NCBI RefSeq assembly: GCF_006345805.1
Contig: NC_043025.1
Location: forward strand, 12,834,001 to 12,898,000
Origin: Octopus sinensis
Lineage: Eukaryota
Length of the DNA stretch: 64,000 nt
Reading direction: 5' to 3'
The notes beneath the pieces are model-generated. The model worked only from the letters and a program-made list of their open reading frames with translations, had not been told where the DNA came from and did not search any database. The position numbers and the translations under genes were made by a program. Below are positions 62,607 through 64,000 of the stretch, piece by piece (positions within the stretch are counted from its first letter, which is position 1; each line of letters opens with the position of its first letter).

Positions 62607-62670
62607 TTAAAACACAGGTCCCGGCACTGACATGTGGGGACGAAACCGGGTTGACGGAAGCGGAACCTTA
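62607..62670 (-). promoter_or_regulatory. Probable MYBBP1A core promoter/5'UTR with tandem ETS-type CGGAAG CGGAA (62655-62665)
   Basis: ETS/GABP-like motifs ~90 nt upstream of the ATG in a CpG-containing patch; typical of housekeeping promoters (inference). Confidence 0.45.
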
Positions 62671-62699
62671 GAAGCACCACGCGGTCGCAAACAAGAAAC

Positions 62700-63830
62700 G
62701 TAATTACTAACTCCCCCTCTCACTCCTCTTATTCTCTTATTCTCTCTATCACTTCTCTCTCTTGTTCTTACTCTCTCTCTCTTTCAGTCTCTCAATAACT
62801 TACCCTCTCACTCTTCCTCACTTCCCGTTCTTTCTTATTCTGCCTCCCCTCTCTGCTGTATCATTCTTTCCCTCCCCTTCACCCTCTCTCATAGTTCTTA
62901 GTCATACTTCCCTCCTTCTAATAGTCTCTTCTCTTACTTTCCTCCCACTCATACTCTTTCTCCTCCTCCTCTCTAACATTCCTTTCTTATTCTCCCTCTC
63001 CCTCTCCCTCTCGCTCAATACTTTATTAATCATCCTTCTTTGTAGACCTCTATTCTTTTCCCTCTCTCTTCTTTCCTTTCCTCCTACCATCTCTACCCTT
63101 GTTCTCCGCTCTTCCTTATCCTCTCTTACCCTCCCCTCTCTCTATACCCAATCTGACGCTCTTTCTACCACCCTACTCTCTCTATCTCTCCCTTTCTTCC
63201 TCTCTCGTTGTCTCACGTTTTCCCTCATACTCACCCTTTCCTCTCGCCTCCTCCCCTTCCACCCTCTATATTCATCACCCTTCTTTCTTTTCCTCTCATT
63301 CTACCTCTTTCTCCCTCCCACTCCGTAACCAACCTTTCCTTTCTCCATCCCTCCCTCTCTTACTCTATATCTATCCTTATTCTTCGCCCTATCTATCTTT
63401 CTCTCGATTGTTCCTTTCTCCCACTCATCCTCCCTCCATCTCATCTCCCACTCTCTGTCTACCTCTATGTCTATTCCTCACACTCACTAATCCCCCTGTT
63501 TCTATTCCTTTCTCCCACTCTCTATCTATCTCTATCTCTATTCCTCACACTCACTAATCCCTCTGTCCCTATTCCTATCTCTATTCCTCCCACTCATCCT
63601 CCCTCCCTCTCATCTCCCACTCTCTATCTATGTCTATCTCTATTCCTCACACTCACTAATCCCTCTGTCCTATCTCTATTCCTCACACTCACTAATCCCC
63701 CTGTCTCTATTCCTATCCCTCGCATTCCCCCTCTCTGCCATTTCTTCCTCCAGCTTACACTCCCAGCTCCTCCCACTCTCTTTTTATTCGACTATCTCTC
63801 TCTCTCTCTCTCTCTTCCTCTCCTTCTCCT
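62700..63830 (+). repeat. ~1.1-kb CT-rich polypyrimidine tract between the two promoters
   Basis: Almost G-free plus strand with degenerate CTCTATCTCTATTCCTCACACTCACTAATCCC units. Confidence 0.9.
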
Positions 63831-63859
63831 ATTACGCCACCAGAGGTCGTGGTGGTCGT

Positions 63860-63911
63860 GCTCTACTACTTCCGGTGGAGAGAGAGAAGTAGTTTTTTCC
63901 CAAAATGGCCG
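63860..63911 (+). promoter_or_regulatory. Core promoter of the plus-strand gene: ETS ACTTCCGG (63868-63875) and YY1-type CAAAATGGCCG over the start codon
   Basis: Motif matches read directly from the sequence. Confidence 0.5.
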
Positions 63912-63972
63912 ATTACTCGGATCCCAACCACAACTTCTTCAGGGAGAATCGCTACAGTGACCCTTCCAGCAG
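63905..63972 (+). CDS. First coding exon of a divergent, unidentified gene (MADYSDPNHNFFRENRYSDPSS-R)
   Basis: CAAAATGGCC start context, open frame, strong AG|GTGAGT donor (phase 2), CpG-containing surroundings; too short to name. Confidence 0.7.
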
Positions 63973-64000
63973 GTGAGTACACCGGCAAACACCCGCGCGA

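Noticed and set aside
62762-63960. Leu/Ser/Pro-rich ORFs up to 250 aa
   Set aside because: Low-complexity translations of the CT tract.

Overview
Repeat-dense eukaryotic genomic DNA, most likely from an octopus: the tRNA-derived SINEs and RTE LINE remnants resemble those known from Octopus (inference, no search run). Almost the whole window (2770-62567, minus strand) is one intact gene that I reconstructed by hand as 35 coding exons. All introns are GT-AG, phases are consistent, and the CDS is 3387 nt (1128 aa). It is recognisable as MYBBP1A (Myb-binding protein 1A / Pol5, a nucleolar ribosome-biogenesis factor). A second, divergent gene starts on the plus strand at 63905, about 1.3 kb away across a polypyrimidine tract. 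The introns hold at least three tRNA-derived SINE families, RTE LINE remnants, TTAA (piggyBac-type) and foldback MITEs, Helitron-like elements and several minisatellites. Nearly all ORFs in the supplied track are repeat or microsatellite artefacts. The most striking non-gene signal is a ~265-bp tandem unit in intron 5 that combines a tRNA-like Pol III head with a minimal type I hammerhead ribozyme (retrozyme-like), in the host-sense orientation. Second is an unexplained CpG-rich, internally duplicated block at ~14770-15080.
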